Counted from the first letter of the whole stretch, positions 1-13,288 are shown. The stretch is 63,941 nt of DNA, filler included, from Octopus bimaculoides (GCF_001194135.2; 7 parts of 7 records of this genome joined end to end with filler, not necessarily neighbours in it); one strand, 5' to 3'. Made by a program: numbers and translations. The notes: a model not told the origin generated them from the sequence alone.

Positions 1-320
1 GTTTGTTTAAGGATGTTGAGCAAAACACCCATGTTTCCAAAAGTGAATTATCCAAACCCCAAAGAACTCCTCCCAACACATGGCAATGATGCTCCCCCAC
101 TACTTCTGCTCATGATCAGAGATGCACATATTGTCAGCCACCAAGGGACATGCTCAACTGGTTAAGGTCAAACAACTGACAAGCAAATCTGTGGTATTGA
201 GCAGAATATTTGCTGTAGCCCATCTTTTATACAAAGACAAAACAATGTACATGATAACACTTCCAATCAATTAAGAACAGAAGCCATGAGAGCCACTGCC
301 TGGTACTGCATCCGGGCATT
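1..320 (-). mobile_element. Dispersed SINE-like repeat, truncated by the window start
   Basis: Reverse complement of 1-40 matches 41783-41820, and related pieces lie at 39212-39290. No coding capacity. Confidence 0.5.
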
Positions 321-330
321 ACTATTAATT

Positions 331-563
331 TTATTATTATTATTATTGCCTTTGCACAGCTCCTAACGCTGGAGATGTACTACGGTGTCAGTTGTTCACT
401 ACCAGTGAACTGAGGCAACACCCCTTATTTTTTGAGCACCATCCGGAGTATTCAAGTGGTTCGAAGCAATGCTGTTTTCTGCAAGTGTTCCACCCTTATT
501 GCAGCCCCTATTTGTTCCGTGTATTTCTCGAGATTTTTGCTCACTGTTCCCAGGGCATTGGTG
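331..563 (-). mobile_element. 3' end of an R4/Dong-like (RLE-clade) non-LTR retrotransposon with (AAT)n tail
   Basis: Minus frame reads TNALGTVSKNLEKYTEQIGAAIRVEHLQKTALLRTT*ILRMVL, resembling the GALG..KNL...LQKTALLGTA.ILRKVL C-terminus of this clade, followed by AAT repeats. Confidence 0.7.
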
Positions 564-1067
564 GGGGGGGGGGATTATAGTTGTTATTATTATCAAGGCG
601 GCGAACTGGCAGAATCGCTAGCATGATTATTATTATTATCATTATTATTATTATTATTAATGAAGTCTTTCCCATTTTCTCTCTAATTTATTTGGATTTC
701 CTCTTTTTGATTAATTAGCTCCCATTATGTGGGCAAAACAACAACATGAAGACTAATAACTAATAACGAGATGCTGCAATAAAACAACTAATTAAAAAAA
801 CACAACAAAAATAAAATGAAAAAAAAATTCTAAACTAATATGTCTGTCTCATAGAAAAATGAATTATAGAAAATATTCTAACTTGGAAAATTCTCCCTGT
901 TTGCTCTGTGTTTATTTTTAGTCTTTTGTTTCGCGTTACGGCTTCGTAACGAGAAAGAGAGAGGCGGATATTATGTGGCTGTTATTATATCAAAAGCGCG
1001 AAATTGCTATTAATCACTTATATAATAAATCGCTTTTGTTACTTTTTTATTAATGTAACATATTGAT

Positions 1068-1105
<38 letters not shown>

Positions 1106-1344
1106 CGATGTTGGTAATGTTTATGATGATAATCATGATGATGATAATAGTGTTGTAACTGTGTACGTACGAGTGTTATTTACTTATTTATTAGCTGGTA
1201 GCTAATAAACAAAACTAACGAGTTATCTCTAAATTGGATATCTGTCTGAATTACCAACTGAATATCGGAGAATCAGCTGCCTTTAACAGGCTGTTTGCTG
1301 TCAACTACAATATCGTAGTGGATAGCATCTGGCTAATTGAAAAG

Positions 1345-1352
1345 CATCAGAT

Positions 1353-1407
<55 letters not shown>

Positions 1408-1542
1408 GCACATACACATATATATATACATATATATACATATGTATATATAAACATATATATACATACATATACATATATATAAATATACATATATATA
1501 CATATACATATATATAAATATACATATATATATATACATACA

Positions 1543-1583
<41 letters not shown>

Positions 1584-1727
1584 AGAAAAAAGATATATAT
1601 ATATATATATACGCATCCATGTTTATAAGTATCTATATATGCCTGTGTATGTATGCGCGTGTATGTGTGTGTGTACATGTATGTATGTACGTATACATAT
1701 GCATAGATGCTTACATATACATATATA

Positions 1728-1766
<39 letters not shown>

Positions 1767-1860
1767 GTTTATATACATATATGAATATGTGTTTATGTAT
1801 CTCTTGAATATATAAAAAGAGAAACATAGGTAGATAGATAGATAGATAGATAGACAGACA
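1345..1860. repeat. Compound (TA)n/(TACA)n/(CA)n/(GATA)n microsatellite block, one of many in the window
   Basis: Direct reading. Source of the YI/HT-rich spurious ORFs. Confidence 0.95.
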
Positions 1861-2707
1861 GGCATATTACCTCTTTAGGTCCAATTTCCTGCTGATTAAG
1901 TATAGAGAGGATGCGCTTTAATTGGATTGTCGACTCCCATTTCGATCTGAATCGTTAAAATATAAAGAAAAACTTTTCGTCTCTGCAAATTATTATGTTC
2001 ATTAATATATATGTTCATAAATATTTTTCCCCACTTTCAACAAACACCTCATTTGTTCCTATATAACCACATATACAAAACAGTTGCCATTACTCCTCAG
2101 ATGTTGAGAGCCCAGTTGCTATTTTAAAATCTATTCACAAAAGCAATATTTTTCAATATTTTTCAATATCTCATAGCAATGCTTAAAAAGTTGCGTTATT
2201 TCCAAGAATTCCCAATCAAGGCTGTTAGCTTTCAAAGACACTGCTATGAATATATTCTTCAACATAATTAATACTTATTGTTTGAAGAATTTTCCAGAGA
2301 GAACATGAGTCTTCTCTAATTTGAGATTGCCTGAGAGAGAGAGAGAGAGAGCGTGTGTGTGTGTGTGTATGTGAGTGTTGTGTGTGTATGTATGTGTGAG
2401 CGTGTGTGTGTGTACATGTGTATGTGTACATGTGTGTGTGTGTACGTGTGTGTATGTGTGTGTGCATGTGTGCGTACGTGTGTGTGTATGCAGGTATGGC
2501 TGTGTGGGTAAACTAGCTCGTTTTGTAGCCAAGTAATCACAAGTTCAGTACCAATACAAGGCACATGAGCCAAGTGACTTCTCCAATACCCGCGTGAGTA
2601 AATTTTGTAGACGGAAACTGTATAGAAGCCTCTCATGCTTATATGTGTTTGGTGGGTGGTGTATCGTCGAGCAGAATATTCCTCGTTATGGTCTTTAACT
2701 GGTCAGA

Positions 2708-2759
2708 ATGTCGACGTGCGTTTCGCGTTAACTATTATATTAACGACACTTCAGAGATA
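2708..2759 (-). ncRNA. Degenerate minimal hammerhead-like motif
   Basis: Minus strand: CUGAAGU-GU-CGUUAA-loop-UUAACG-C-GAAA-CGCACG-UC. A9 is changed to U and stem I is poor. Confidence 0.3.
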
Positions 2760-2960
2760 GTGGTTAGAAGCGCATAACTTCATTTATGCTGGAGATGTCT
2801 ATAGAACCTGGTTTGCTCTGTATTTAGTGAAAGAAGCGGAACGAAACAAGGTGAAAAATTATATTTTCCAAAAGGGAACAAAGAGTTAATTCCCCTGTTA
2901 GTTATCAGCCGTGGGTAAGTCCCTTTTAGCGAGGCACCAACGTTGTTCGATTGTGAAGAA

Positions 2961-3445
2961 GGCGGTGAGCTGGCAGAATCGTTAGCACGCCGGGAGAAAT
3001 GCTTAGCGGTATTTCGTCCGCCGTTAGGTTTAGGTGCAGGAGCGGCTGTGTGGTAAGTAGCTTGCTTAAAAACCTCATGGTTTTGGGTTCAGTCCCACTG
3101 CGTGGCACCTTAGGCAAGTGTCTTCTACTATAGTCTCGGACCGACCAAAGCCTTGTGAGTGGATTTGATAGACGGAAACTGAAAGAAGCCCGTCGTATAT
3201 ATATATATATATATATATATATGCATGTGTGTGTGTGTGTGTGTGTATGTATGCATATATACGTTTGTGTCTGTCTTTGTCCCACCACTATCGATTGACG
3301 ACCGATGTTAGTGTATTTACGTCCCCGTAACTTAGCAGTTCGGCAAAAGATACCGATAGGACAAGTACTAGACTTACAAAGATTTGTTCGACTAAAGGTG
3401 GTGCTCTAGCATGGCCGCAGTCAAATGACTGAAACAAATAAAGGA
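2961..3445 (+). mobile_element. SINE family S1 head followed by composite SINE family S2 with CORE-like domain and internal (TA)n(TG)n
   Basis: S2 carries ggcaccttaggcaagtgtctt (CORE-like) and the 3' block cgtccccgtaacttagc...atgactgaaacaa. Further copies at 49719-50096(-), 50859-51258(+), 52060-52380(+) and 52720-53100(-). Confidence 0.75.
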
Positions 3446-3827
3446 ATCAAAGAATGTAGTTTTTCGATAGACTGAATTGCGTACCCATGAATTAATAATA
3501 AAGCGGTTGAGTATTCCACAGACATGTATTCCTTTAACGTAATTCTTCAACATAATCAACATGACGGTGTAACAAAACTGTACTTCTTTGAATTGCAGGA
3601 ACAATTAGTCTGACGGCTTTCTATGCAGTTTCCGTCAACACATTTTTCTCTCACACGGTTTGGCTCAAATCGAGTTTCTAGGAAATGGCAATCACTCAAG
3701 ACATCATGCAGTAAGATTGAATTCAGTACCTTGTGGTTACGAAACCATACTGCTTTTACACAAACAAGCGCGCGCAAAAATATGTATGTATGTATGTATG
3801 TATGTATGAATGTATATATGCATGTGT

Positions 3828-4205
3828 GGAGGCGCAATGGCCCAGTGCTTAGGGCAGCGGAATCGTGGTCATAAGATCGTGGCTTCGATTCCCAGACCGG
3901 GCGTTGTGAGTGTTTATTGAGCGAAAACACCTAAAGCTCCACAAGTCTCCGACAGGGGGTGGTGGCGAACCCTGCTGTACTCTTCCACCACAACTTTGTC
4001 TCACTCTTACTTCCTGTTTCTGTTGTACCTGTATTTCAAAGAGTCAGCCTTGTCACACTGTATCACGCTGAATATCCCCGAGAACTACGTTAAGGGTACA
4101 CGTGTCTGTGGAATGCTCAGCCACTTGCACGTTAATTTCACGAGCAGGCTGTTCCATTGATCGGATCAACTGGAACCCTCGACGTCGTAAGCGACGGAGT
4201 GCCAA
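3828..4205 (+). mobile_element. tRNA-derived SINE family S3 (about 380 bp)
   Basis: A-box-like TGGCCCAGTG and B-box-like GCTTCGATTCC in the head. Colinear copy at 48843-49181. Confidence 0.8.
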
Positions 4206-4292
4206 TTAATGTATGTATGTATATATGTATGTATGTATGAGCGTGAGTGTGTATTATTAAAAAGCTTAATCAGGAACGAAATTTACCTTTGT

Positions 4293-4339
<47 letters not shown>

Positions 4340-4417
4340 TGGCACAACTAAATAGTCTCTTTAAACTTGTTTTTCAATACATTGCTGCCAATGTTATTAT
4401 TGTTTTTCGTTATTTCG

Positions 4418-4698
4418 TGAGCCATGCCTGGCTCATAAGGGCCGGTTCCCCGGTTTCATTGGTTCCCCCACCTGGATGGGATGTCGATCCGTCGCAGGCG
4501 AGCTGCTAGATGCAGGAGGGAAGTGCGAGAGAAAGTTGTGACGAAAGAGTCAGCTGAAGTTCGCAATTACCTTCTTCCGGAGCCGCGTGAAGCTTAGGAG
4601 TTTCGCTCATAAACACACACATCGTCCGGTCTGAGATTCGAATCCGCGATCCCTCGACCACGAATCCGCTGCTCTAACCAGTCGGCCATGTGGCTCCA
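4418..4698 (-). mobile_element. tRNA-derived SINE related to S3
   Basis: Minus head tggccgactggttagagcagcggattcgtggtcgagggatcgcggattcgaatc resembles the S3 head. Confidence 0.7.
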
Positions 4699-4729
4699 GA
4701 CAATGCTGCCGATGAGATCTGGTAATTCC

Positions 4730-5180
4730 TCCGTCTTTCATTACTTCACTGAATTGGTAGTGAGAGCCCGATCTTGTCCAGCAATGATTAGGCTTTCGGT
4801 GGTACGCTTCAAATCACCTCACTCAAGCCATGCCCAAGATGCTGTATTATCCTTAACATCTTGTGTATTTCTTTCAAACTGCCCATGCATTCTCATTTCA
4901 TAAAGATGATCTTTTCTCTTCTCCTCAGCTCTTTGGTTAAACACTTCGTTGCCCATCATTTTATCTGCATTTACACCCATATCTTTCGCGGCATATTGCA
5001 GCAGGTCTTCATTACTATTTATCAAATACTCGGCAAGCGTTCTCTTTTCACTCCTTATACAATGGTCTATACAAACCAGTCCTCTATCACCATTCTTTCT
5101 TTTTATATACAGTCTGTTTACGTTTGCTTTAGGGTCTAGCACCCCATGCAGCGTCATCAACTTTCTCATCCTTCTATCCA
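4730..5180 (-). mobile_element. R4/Dong-like non-LTR retrotransposon fragment, region downstream of the RT domain, with stops
   Basis: ORF 4819-5169 RKLMTLHGVLDPKANVNRLYIKRKNGDRGL...HGQF...SWAWLE*GDLKRTTESLIIAGQDRALTTN matches the family pattern. Confidence 0.8.
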
Positions 5181-5183
5181 GTA

Positions 5184-5475
5184 CAGTTCTATATTTAAGA
5201 GATGAGGAATTATGTACATTATTTACAATTGACGGATATTTGTCCTCATCTTGTTTGTTGTTAACACAACGTTTCGGCTAATATACCCTCCAGCCTTCAT
5301 CATGTGTCTTGGAGAAATTTCGAACCTGAGTTCTCATTTCTAAGGTATTTTTCGATATTATTATTAATAATAATAATAATAATAATAATATTTTTCAAGT
5401 CGCTGCCTGGAATCGAACTTGGAATCTTGGGGTTAGTAGTCCGCACTCTTAACCACTACGCCATATGCCCACGGG
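5184..5475 (-). mobile_element. SINE family S4: tRNA-derived head + (AAT)n + Penelope-type hammerhead-bearing tail
   Basis: Head TGGCGTAGTGG...GTTCGATTC. Hammerhead fold at 5263-5308. Homologous copies at 57690-57853(-) and 57851-58130(+). Confidence 0.75.
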
Positions 5476-5511
5476 TAGGTAGGTAGGTAGGTAGGTAGGT
5501 AGGTAGGTAGG

Positions 5512-5568
<57 letters not shown>

Positions 5569-6839
5569 TTCTTATCGAATGTTAAAATACTTGTAAACAT
5601 TTGCGTTTTAGAATTCGTCTTTGTAACTTTATTATAACTAAAAATGAAGAATAACTTTCCTGCATAATATTTTGGCTTGGATTTTGATGACATAATAAAC
5701 TACTGCCAGTTGAAGTAATGTAAATATGTAAAGAACGGCTCACAGCATTTCTTTGGTAATGCTTCTAAACTAACAAACCACATAACACATTTCGCTTTCT
5801 TTTCTTTCATTTTTATATAATTTCCTGTCAAATGCAAAGAATGTCTATACCAAACAAGTAGTAATAATTCCAGCACTCTCTGCCATTTTCTTATACATGT
5901 CTATTAAATCAGATGCATTCGTCCATAGCATTCTTTTTTTCATCTTTCTCTCTCTTTTTCTCTTTTTCTCTTTCATTCTATACAAATAGCTAAAATGCTC
6001 TAAATTGACGTAGAAAATATATGGCTTCTAGTCACATTTGACCAATTTCATTTTCCGCAACGTACTCCCCGAGATGGAAAATGAAACATTTCGTACTTAA
6101 TATAATGAGTTTCTATCTAATATGTTATATTTTTACTTAACTCGTAACATCAAAACGTCTGAATGGATTAATCGAGGCTTTTAGGACTGTAGTTCTGCTT
6201 CTAACTCTCCATTTTTCTCTTCTGTAAAACTGATAGTAAGTCTGTCTGAAACGCTCTGTATGTGTTCTGTATTTATATTGTGCTTTACATGCAAACACGT
6301 GTGAAGATAGCGAAGAGTAAAATTGAAAAGCAAGCAGACGACGTCGGTGAAAAGTCTTAGATATTAACACAACGCCAATATTACTGCCAAATGAAACAAT
6401 TCACAAACAGTAAGTGCTAGTTGCCAGAAAAAGGCCAGTTTAAATAAGCTGGCATTATAGAAGGCGACGTGATATATTAATCAGAGAAAAGCAATTGGCA
6501 GACGATGTCTATCCAGTCGCAATGCTTTGCCACATATGCTGGCTGGCCCCCAAATAAATGAACCATTTGACATTGTAAGAAATATATCACATTTTATTTC
6601 ACAATGTTTTCAGATACACGGCAAATATAGGTTGTACTTGACGTTGTATGGCAGTCCTTGGGGGCATATTTTTGGTTCTAATTCTTGCTGGTAACCAATG
6701 AAAAAAAAAAATGAGAACAAAACAAGACCATGAACAGAATAGAATATGTGCAAATGGTAAATATTTCTATAGATATCTTTATCATTTTCACATATTTTAT
6801 ATAGAATTATCGCTATGGTTAATCTAATTATCATTCTTT

Positions 6840-6917
6840 GTGTAGTAATTGTGTTACTGTTGTTGTCATTGTTGTTGTTGCTGCAGCTGCTACTGCTGCT
6901 GCTGCTGTCGTTGTTGC

Positions 6918-6990
<73 letters not shown>
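6840..6990. repeat. (GTT)n/(GCT)n trinucleotide tract
   Basis: Direct reading. Gives the poly-Leu and poly-Asn pseudo-ORFs. Confidence 0.95.
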
Positions 6991-7580
6991 AAGGCAGCGA
7001 ATTGGCAGAATCGTTAACATGCTGGATAAAATGCTTTGCAACATTTTCCACCGGCTTTCCCGTCCTGGCTTCAAATTCCGCCGGGATCGNNNNNNNNNNN
7101 NNNNNNNNNNNNNNNNNNNNNNNNNNNNNNNNNNNNNNNNNNNNNNNNNNNNNNNNNNNNNNNNNNNNNNNNNNNNNNNNNNNNNNNNNNNNNNNNNNNN
7201 NNNNNNNNNNNNNNNNNNNNNNNNNNNNNNNNNNNNNNNNNNNNNNNNNNNNNNNNNNNNNNNNNNNNNNNNNNNNNNNNNNNNNNNNNNNNNNNNNNNN
7301 NNNNNNNNNNNNNNNNNNNNNNNNNNNNNNNNNNNNNNNNNNNNNNNNNNNNNNNNNNNNNNNNNNNNNNNNNNNNNNNNNNNNNNNNNNNNNNNNNNNN
7401 NNNNNNNNNNNNNNNNNNNNNNNNNNNNNNNNNNNNNNNNNNNNNNNNNNNNNNNNNNNNNNNNNNNNNNNNNNNNNNNNNNNNNNNNNNNNNNNNNNNN
7501 NNNNNNNNNNNNNNNNNNNNNNNNNNNNNNNNNNNNNNNNNNNNNNNNNNNNNNNNNNNNNNNNNNNNNNNNNNNNNNNA

Positions 7581-7800
7581 ATCTCGAATGTTACCCTTGG
7601 CAGGGGCCTATTGTTTAATTCACATCATTCGGGCAGTTTCTGCAGCCAAACACCTTCTGTACTCCTGAGAGTCACGCTACACAAGTCAAGAGCTGGATTT
7701 TGCAATCTGGGTAGCCTGGGATCCTCATACACCCAGCTCAGTCTTGTGCACTAGAAACGGCACATCACAGACACGAAAAGATAGATCAGGTTGCCACTGC
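7581..7800 (-). mobile_element. Possible degenerate RTE-like LINE fragment
   Basis: Minus frame RDSQEYRRCLAAETARMM*IKQ*APAKGNIR loosely resembles the RTE inter-domain linker. Several stops. Confidence 0.3.
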
Positions 7801-8270
7801 ATCCTAATGCTGTTAAACTGGTGGGTGGATGGGATTGTCTGACTCTCACTCAATCGACTCTTGTATTTGGGGTTTGGACTCACAGCGAGTGCCATATCTT
7901 AAACTTTAACTGGCTACATATGAAAATTCCATCGATTTGTTTCAGGAGAGAGACCAAAAACATGAAAGCTATTTCATTTTCGAAAGAGTGTGTGCATGTA
8001 TGTTAGTGTGTGAATAAAACAAAACAAAACATGAGAGATTGTTTCTAAGATAAAAATATTTAATTACATATCTTGTATGTAATTAATATAATATCTCATA
8101 AATAATCAGTCATACTTTGTTCTCGTTTCTAAATATGCTCTGTGTAACACTTGGTATAAAACTACAATACACGAACAGAAATACACGTGAAGTCCTAAGT
8201 ACTTGTTGTTTGTGTAAGTTTTAAATTGAACTGGGTGAACCTATATTATGAGACAGACAGACAGATAGAC

Positions 8271-8325
<55 letters not shown>

Positions 8326-8635
8326 CGGACAGAAAATAGATAGATAGATAGATAGAGAGATACATTTCTTTTATTAGCCACACAGGGCTCAACGAAGATG
8401 GGACGAATACAATGTAGAGCTTTTCTTTTTGGGAGGGGGAANNNNNNNNNNNNNNNNNNNNNNNNNNNNNNNNNNNNNNNNNNNNNNNNNNNNNNNNNNN
8501 NNNNNNNNNNNNNNNNNNNNNNNNNNNNNNNNNNGTGTATCACACAGTAATGTTCTCGTGTAAAAAGAGGGGAGGACAGTTTAGGTTTAGCCGTGGAAAG
8601 AAAAGCCTACGGAAAAGACCACGGTAACCTTGATC

Positions 8636-8712
<77 letters not shown>

Positions 8713-8728
8713 TTAGTTAATATCTAAA

Positions 8729-8950
8729 GCCGGCAAGCTGGCAGAACCGTTAACACGCCGGGCGAAATGCTTAGCGGTATTTCGTTCTGAGTTCAAATTC
8801 CGCTGAGGTCGACTTTGCCTTTCATCCTTTCGGGGTCGATAAATTAAGTACCAGTTACGTACTAGGGTCCATGTAATCGACTTACTCCCTTTATCTGTCC
8901 TTGTTTTTCCCTTCTATGTTTAGCCCCGTTGTGGGCAATAAAGAAATAAG
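8729..8950 (+). mobile_element. Near-complete SINE family S1 copy
   Basis: gctggcagaaccgttaacacgccgggcgaaatgcttagcgg...gaggtcgactttgcctttcatcctttcggggtcgataaattaagtaccag. Many decayed copies elsewhere in the window. Confidence 0.75.
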
Positions 8951-9245
8951 ATATTAGTTAATCAGGCTGTAACATAGACCGACCTTCACATTTTCACTTG
9001 GTATTTGTATTTTCTTATAAGCACTTTCAAAATGAAGATGAGCATGGGTTAATTAGAAATGCTTTCTAATTTCTTAATATTACTACATATGTGAAAATTA
9101 AAGATCGTTACAAAGTGTGGAAATACGTGTAAAGATGTAAAACTACAAAAATAAAGCGTAGTAATCTGACTTTGTAGTCGTTTGGCTTAGCAATATATTT
9201 ATCTGTAAATACTTCCACAAATCAGAACTCTCCTACCACCCATCC

Positions 9246-9342
<97 letters not shown>

Positions 9343-9543
9343 TTCTATCTATCTATCTATCTAAACTATAAAAGCGGTAGAACTGGGTACTGTAAGCTAA
9401 GCTAACACTTCCAATTTCTCAAGATCTCATTTATCACAGTGAATGACTGTTCCACTTTGTTACCGTTAAATATTAAAAGTACTACCGTATCCACAGTGAC
9501 AGGATGATACCTTTCATTCTTTCTTTCCCCCTCCCTCTCTCTT

Positions 9544-9575
<32 letters not shown>

Positions 9576-9895
9576 CCTGTATACAGTGACGAAATGACAC
9601 TGATATCTGAGAGGCAGCTGATGAGGAAGTTCATTGGTTACGTTGTGCTAAATAGGATTACCCCCTCATCCTAATGCCTCTGCACTTTGTCACTGTCCTA
9701 TTGAATTTGTTTTACTTTGAAAGTACAATGGCGCTTGTTATATTATTTGCTGCCTTGATAGAATATGTTATAGCGTTTAGATATAAGTTCTTATTGGAAT
9801 ATATTGTTTTGTAAATAGTTATATAATTTTAAAATCTCACAAGCTCTTATAACGCTTCTATGAAACATGTGTGCATAATTATTCATATACATATA

Positions 9896-9930
<35 letters not shown>

Positions 9931-11049
9931 ATTTATTTATGTATGGATGGATGTGTGTATGTATTGATAGACAGATATAAAATATTTGTGCATGTAAGCA
10001 TGTGTGTGTATATATTTGTGCTTAGTGAACTAGAAAGACTGAAGATTATAGTCCAAGACAGGAACTAGAATAAAACTAACTCCACCGCGTATCTCGAATC
10101 ACGCATCTACTGATTTTGTTTTAGGTGACTGTACTACCGATTATGGCAAGTAAATTACGTTCATACCAATCTCAAAAATCAATACTTATAAAGTTTTACA
10201 GGACAAGCTAATATTATTATCTCACGTCATATCACATGAGAAACTTAATAACTTGGTAGCTACTCGCCCACCAATGTCATTGAGGTCTGCCGTCCATAAC
10301 AAGATAAATACTGATATGTGATATCAACCAAATGATTACTACTAATACTTTACATTATCACTGTATCTTGTAGCAGTCCCAGTTAATGGACTTTTGATTC
10401 ATTTGGTACTTATCATTGAAATATCTTCAGAGTTTCTCAAAAGAGAGAGGATGTTCAACAATAAATAATAAAATATTTTAACGAGAGAAATACAAACTAT
10501 TCTCTGTATAAAACTGTATACGGATCTACCAACAGCACATCAGTCTAAGTTTTCCATCTCTATAAAGACACTGTAAACTGGAAGCATGTGAGTACGAACT
10601 ACTGGTTAGATTATTACAGTATTTTTTTTCCAATTTAGTCGACTCTAAATCTCATGTGTATTTTCAATAAACACGACACTGTAATAATTGTCATAGAATA
10701 TTGAAAAATCGAAGATAATATCTAATATTGGATTACACCACCATCCTACTGTTGTGTGGGTGACCTGACAAATAATAGAATCAATGCTCATGATTGCGTA
10801 AACAAAAACGGAAATATCTTTTTTACGTAACCACAAAAATTAACATTGGTAACTATAATAATGATAATAATCTTGATGATGAAAGATAATAACCTTAATG
10901 ATGATAGTAGTTTCTTTTATAATAATGATCAGGATTTCTTTTATAATAATAACAGTAATTTCTTTAAAATAGTAATGATGATGGTGTTGGCAGCAGCAGT
11001 GGTGGTAGTGGAGGTAGATGAGATGTATTTTATATAATAAAAGTTGGGA

Positions 11050-11365
11050 TGATTATAATAATGATGGACTCACACGTCGAAGACGACGTATGGGCGTTCA
11101 GATTTTACCAAACTACCTGCACAAATGATTCGTTTATTGTGATAAAATGTTCGTGCCGAACATTAGCTCCCTTCTCTTCATCAAATCGACATTTCCTGAA
11201 CAGGTGCATGGTGACCCCCAAACGACAAGAGTCTAAGTGATCGTAGAGCAACGTGAGAGGAAGTGTTTTGCTCAAGAAAACAACGCACTACCCGGTCTAA
11301 GAATTGGTATCATAATCGCCAGTTCGGTAATGCAACACACTAACCACTGAGCCATGCGCCCTCAT
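11050..11365 (-). mobile_element. tRNA-derived SINE with (CAT)n-like tail
   Basis: Minus head gagggcgcatggctcagtggttag followed by cttgagcaaaacactt (CORE-like). Confidence 0.6.
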
Positions 11366-11435
11366 TTAGTAAGAATAACAATAATAATGATGATGATGAT
11401 GATGATGACGATGATGATGATGATTATAATAATAA

Positions 11436-11558
11436 TAGGCCAGTATGTTCGGGTAAGGGGTAAACCGATTGCATCGACCCCAGTGTTGAAATGGTACTTA
11501 ATTCATTGACCCCGAAAGGGCGAAAGGCAGGGTCGACCTCGATGGAATTTCAATTCAA

Positions 11559-11592
<34 letters not shown>

Positions 11593-11712
11593 GGCCAGCA
11601 TGTTCGGGTAAGGGGTAAGCCGATTACACCGACCCCAGAGTTGAAATGGTACTTATTTCATTGACCCCGAAAGGGCGGAAAGCAAGGTTGACTTCGGCGG
11701 AATTTCAATTCA
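11436..11712 (-). repeat. Tandem duplication (about 155-bp unit) of an S1 SINE 3' fragment
   Basis: Two near-identical blocks aggccag(t/c)atgttcgggtaagggg...aatttcaattcaaaataataat. Confidence 0.85.
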
Positions 11713-11720
11713 AAATAATA

Positions 11721-11755
<35 letters not shown>

Positions 11756-13288
11756 AAAAATCTGCCAGATAAACACTTTTGACGTAATTCCATAGCAACA
11801 TTTTCAACAGAAGTAAATGGTAACCTGCATAAAAAAAAGAGGGGTGGAATATTTCAACCGGATTTCAGAATATTCTTTCATCATATTCTTTCGAGTTAAA
11901 AATCTTTATGTATTAATATCACTATTAAGTTGAGAATAATCTGATAGATAAACAATAATTTTATTTGAAATATTTGACAGCTAAAATAACATAGGAAAAT
12001 ATTTTCATCAACACATAAAGAATACAAAGTAAATCTAATTTCCTTTTCGTAAGTATTAATAAGCTTACCATTAATATTAATTTAGCAGGCTTCACATTTG
12101 GAATTAAAGCGTGAGCCTGAATTTAGTTTTATACCTAAATGACTCGAAATAATTATTTTATGTATGAACTGCAATTAGCTGCTATCTGTTGTTTCCTTCC
12201 AGCAAACTCGTTGAAAGTTAATATGCTTAAAATTGTGTGTATATATGTATATTAGTGCGTATGTGTATGCAGGTATATATTTGTGTGTGTGAGCGTATAT
12301 CCATGAATTCATATATAGTACGAATATATATGTGTGCGTATCTCTTCCCTCTTTGTCACTTTTTCTCTTTACACACACATATATGATTTCACATATACAT
12401 ACACATATACATACATACATATACATGCATACATAGAAAGGCATTCAGATAGATAGAGGGAAAACAAATTAATAGATAAACTGGTAGATAGACAAACAGA
12501 TAGTAACATACGAACATACATACATACATACATACATACATACATGCATACATACATACATACTTACGTACATGCTCATTCATGAAATACCTTAAAGATA
12601 AAATGGTAATCTGCATGAGAGAAAAACGGATTTAGCAAATATATGGTTTCAACTCCTGGAGGTTTCGATTTCTGTTCACTGTTCTGGTTACAAAGACTGA
12701 AGCAGTCGTAGAAGTGGACTTTTATATTTCAATACAAACAGCTAATTTGCATCTTCGTATATGTTCGTATCTGTACGTACGTCTTTTCTGTGTATTCTTA
12801 TTTTCGAATCTTTTTTGTTAAAAAAAAAAAATTATATATTTAGAAAACAAAATATAACTAACTGTAAGATATTTGCTTATGTACAATAATCTGTCTACCT
12901 GAATTATAAAGATTATTCGAGTTTATCGAGACAAATTTTATTAGAAAGAGATATTTAGTTAGCAGTGAAATGTTAGGTTATGTAAAGTAATCAGTCTCTC
13001 CGAATTTTAAAGATTATTTGAGACTATCGAAACTAAATTTGTGAGAATAAAATAGGTAGTTAGCTGTGAGATATTAGTTTACATAGAGATCTGTCTGAAT
13101 GTTAATGAATATGCGAGACTACCAGAAGTTATTTTGTTAGTTATGTTATTGTTATAACCATATTAAATTCTTGAAACATATCATGACCATATTGTCTCCT
13201 ATCGGCTTTTTCACTCTTTATTTTGTCCTCCTCCTTTTGCTATGATGTTATATGTTGTAAGCTTTCGCTAACAAAACGACCAAAGGAT

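Noticed and set aside
3828-5475. tRNA genes
   Set aside because: The A/B-box sequences are heads of dispersed SINEs and lack a complete cloverleaf.
9617-9660. CUGAUGA as a hammerhead core (also the minus-strand CUGAUGA near 26950)
   Set aside because: No correctly placed GAAA, stem II or NUH site.
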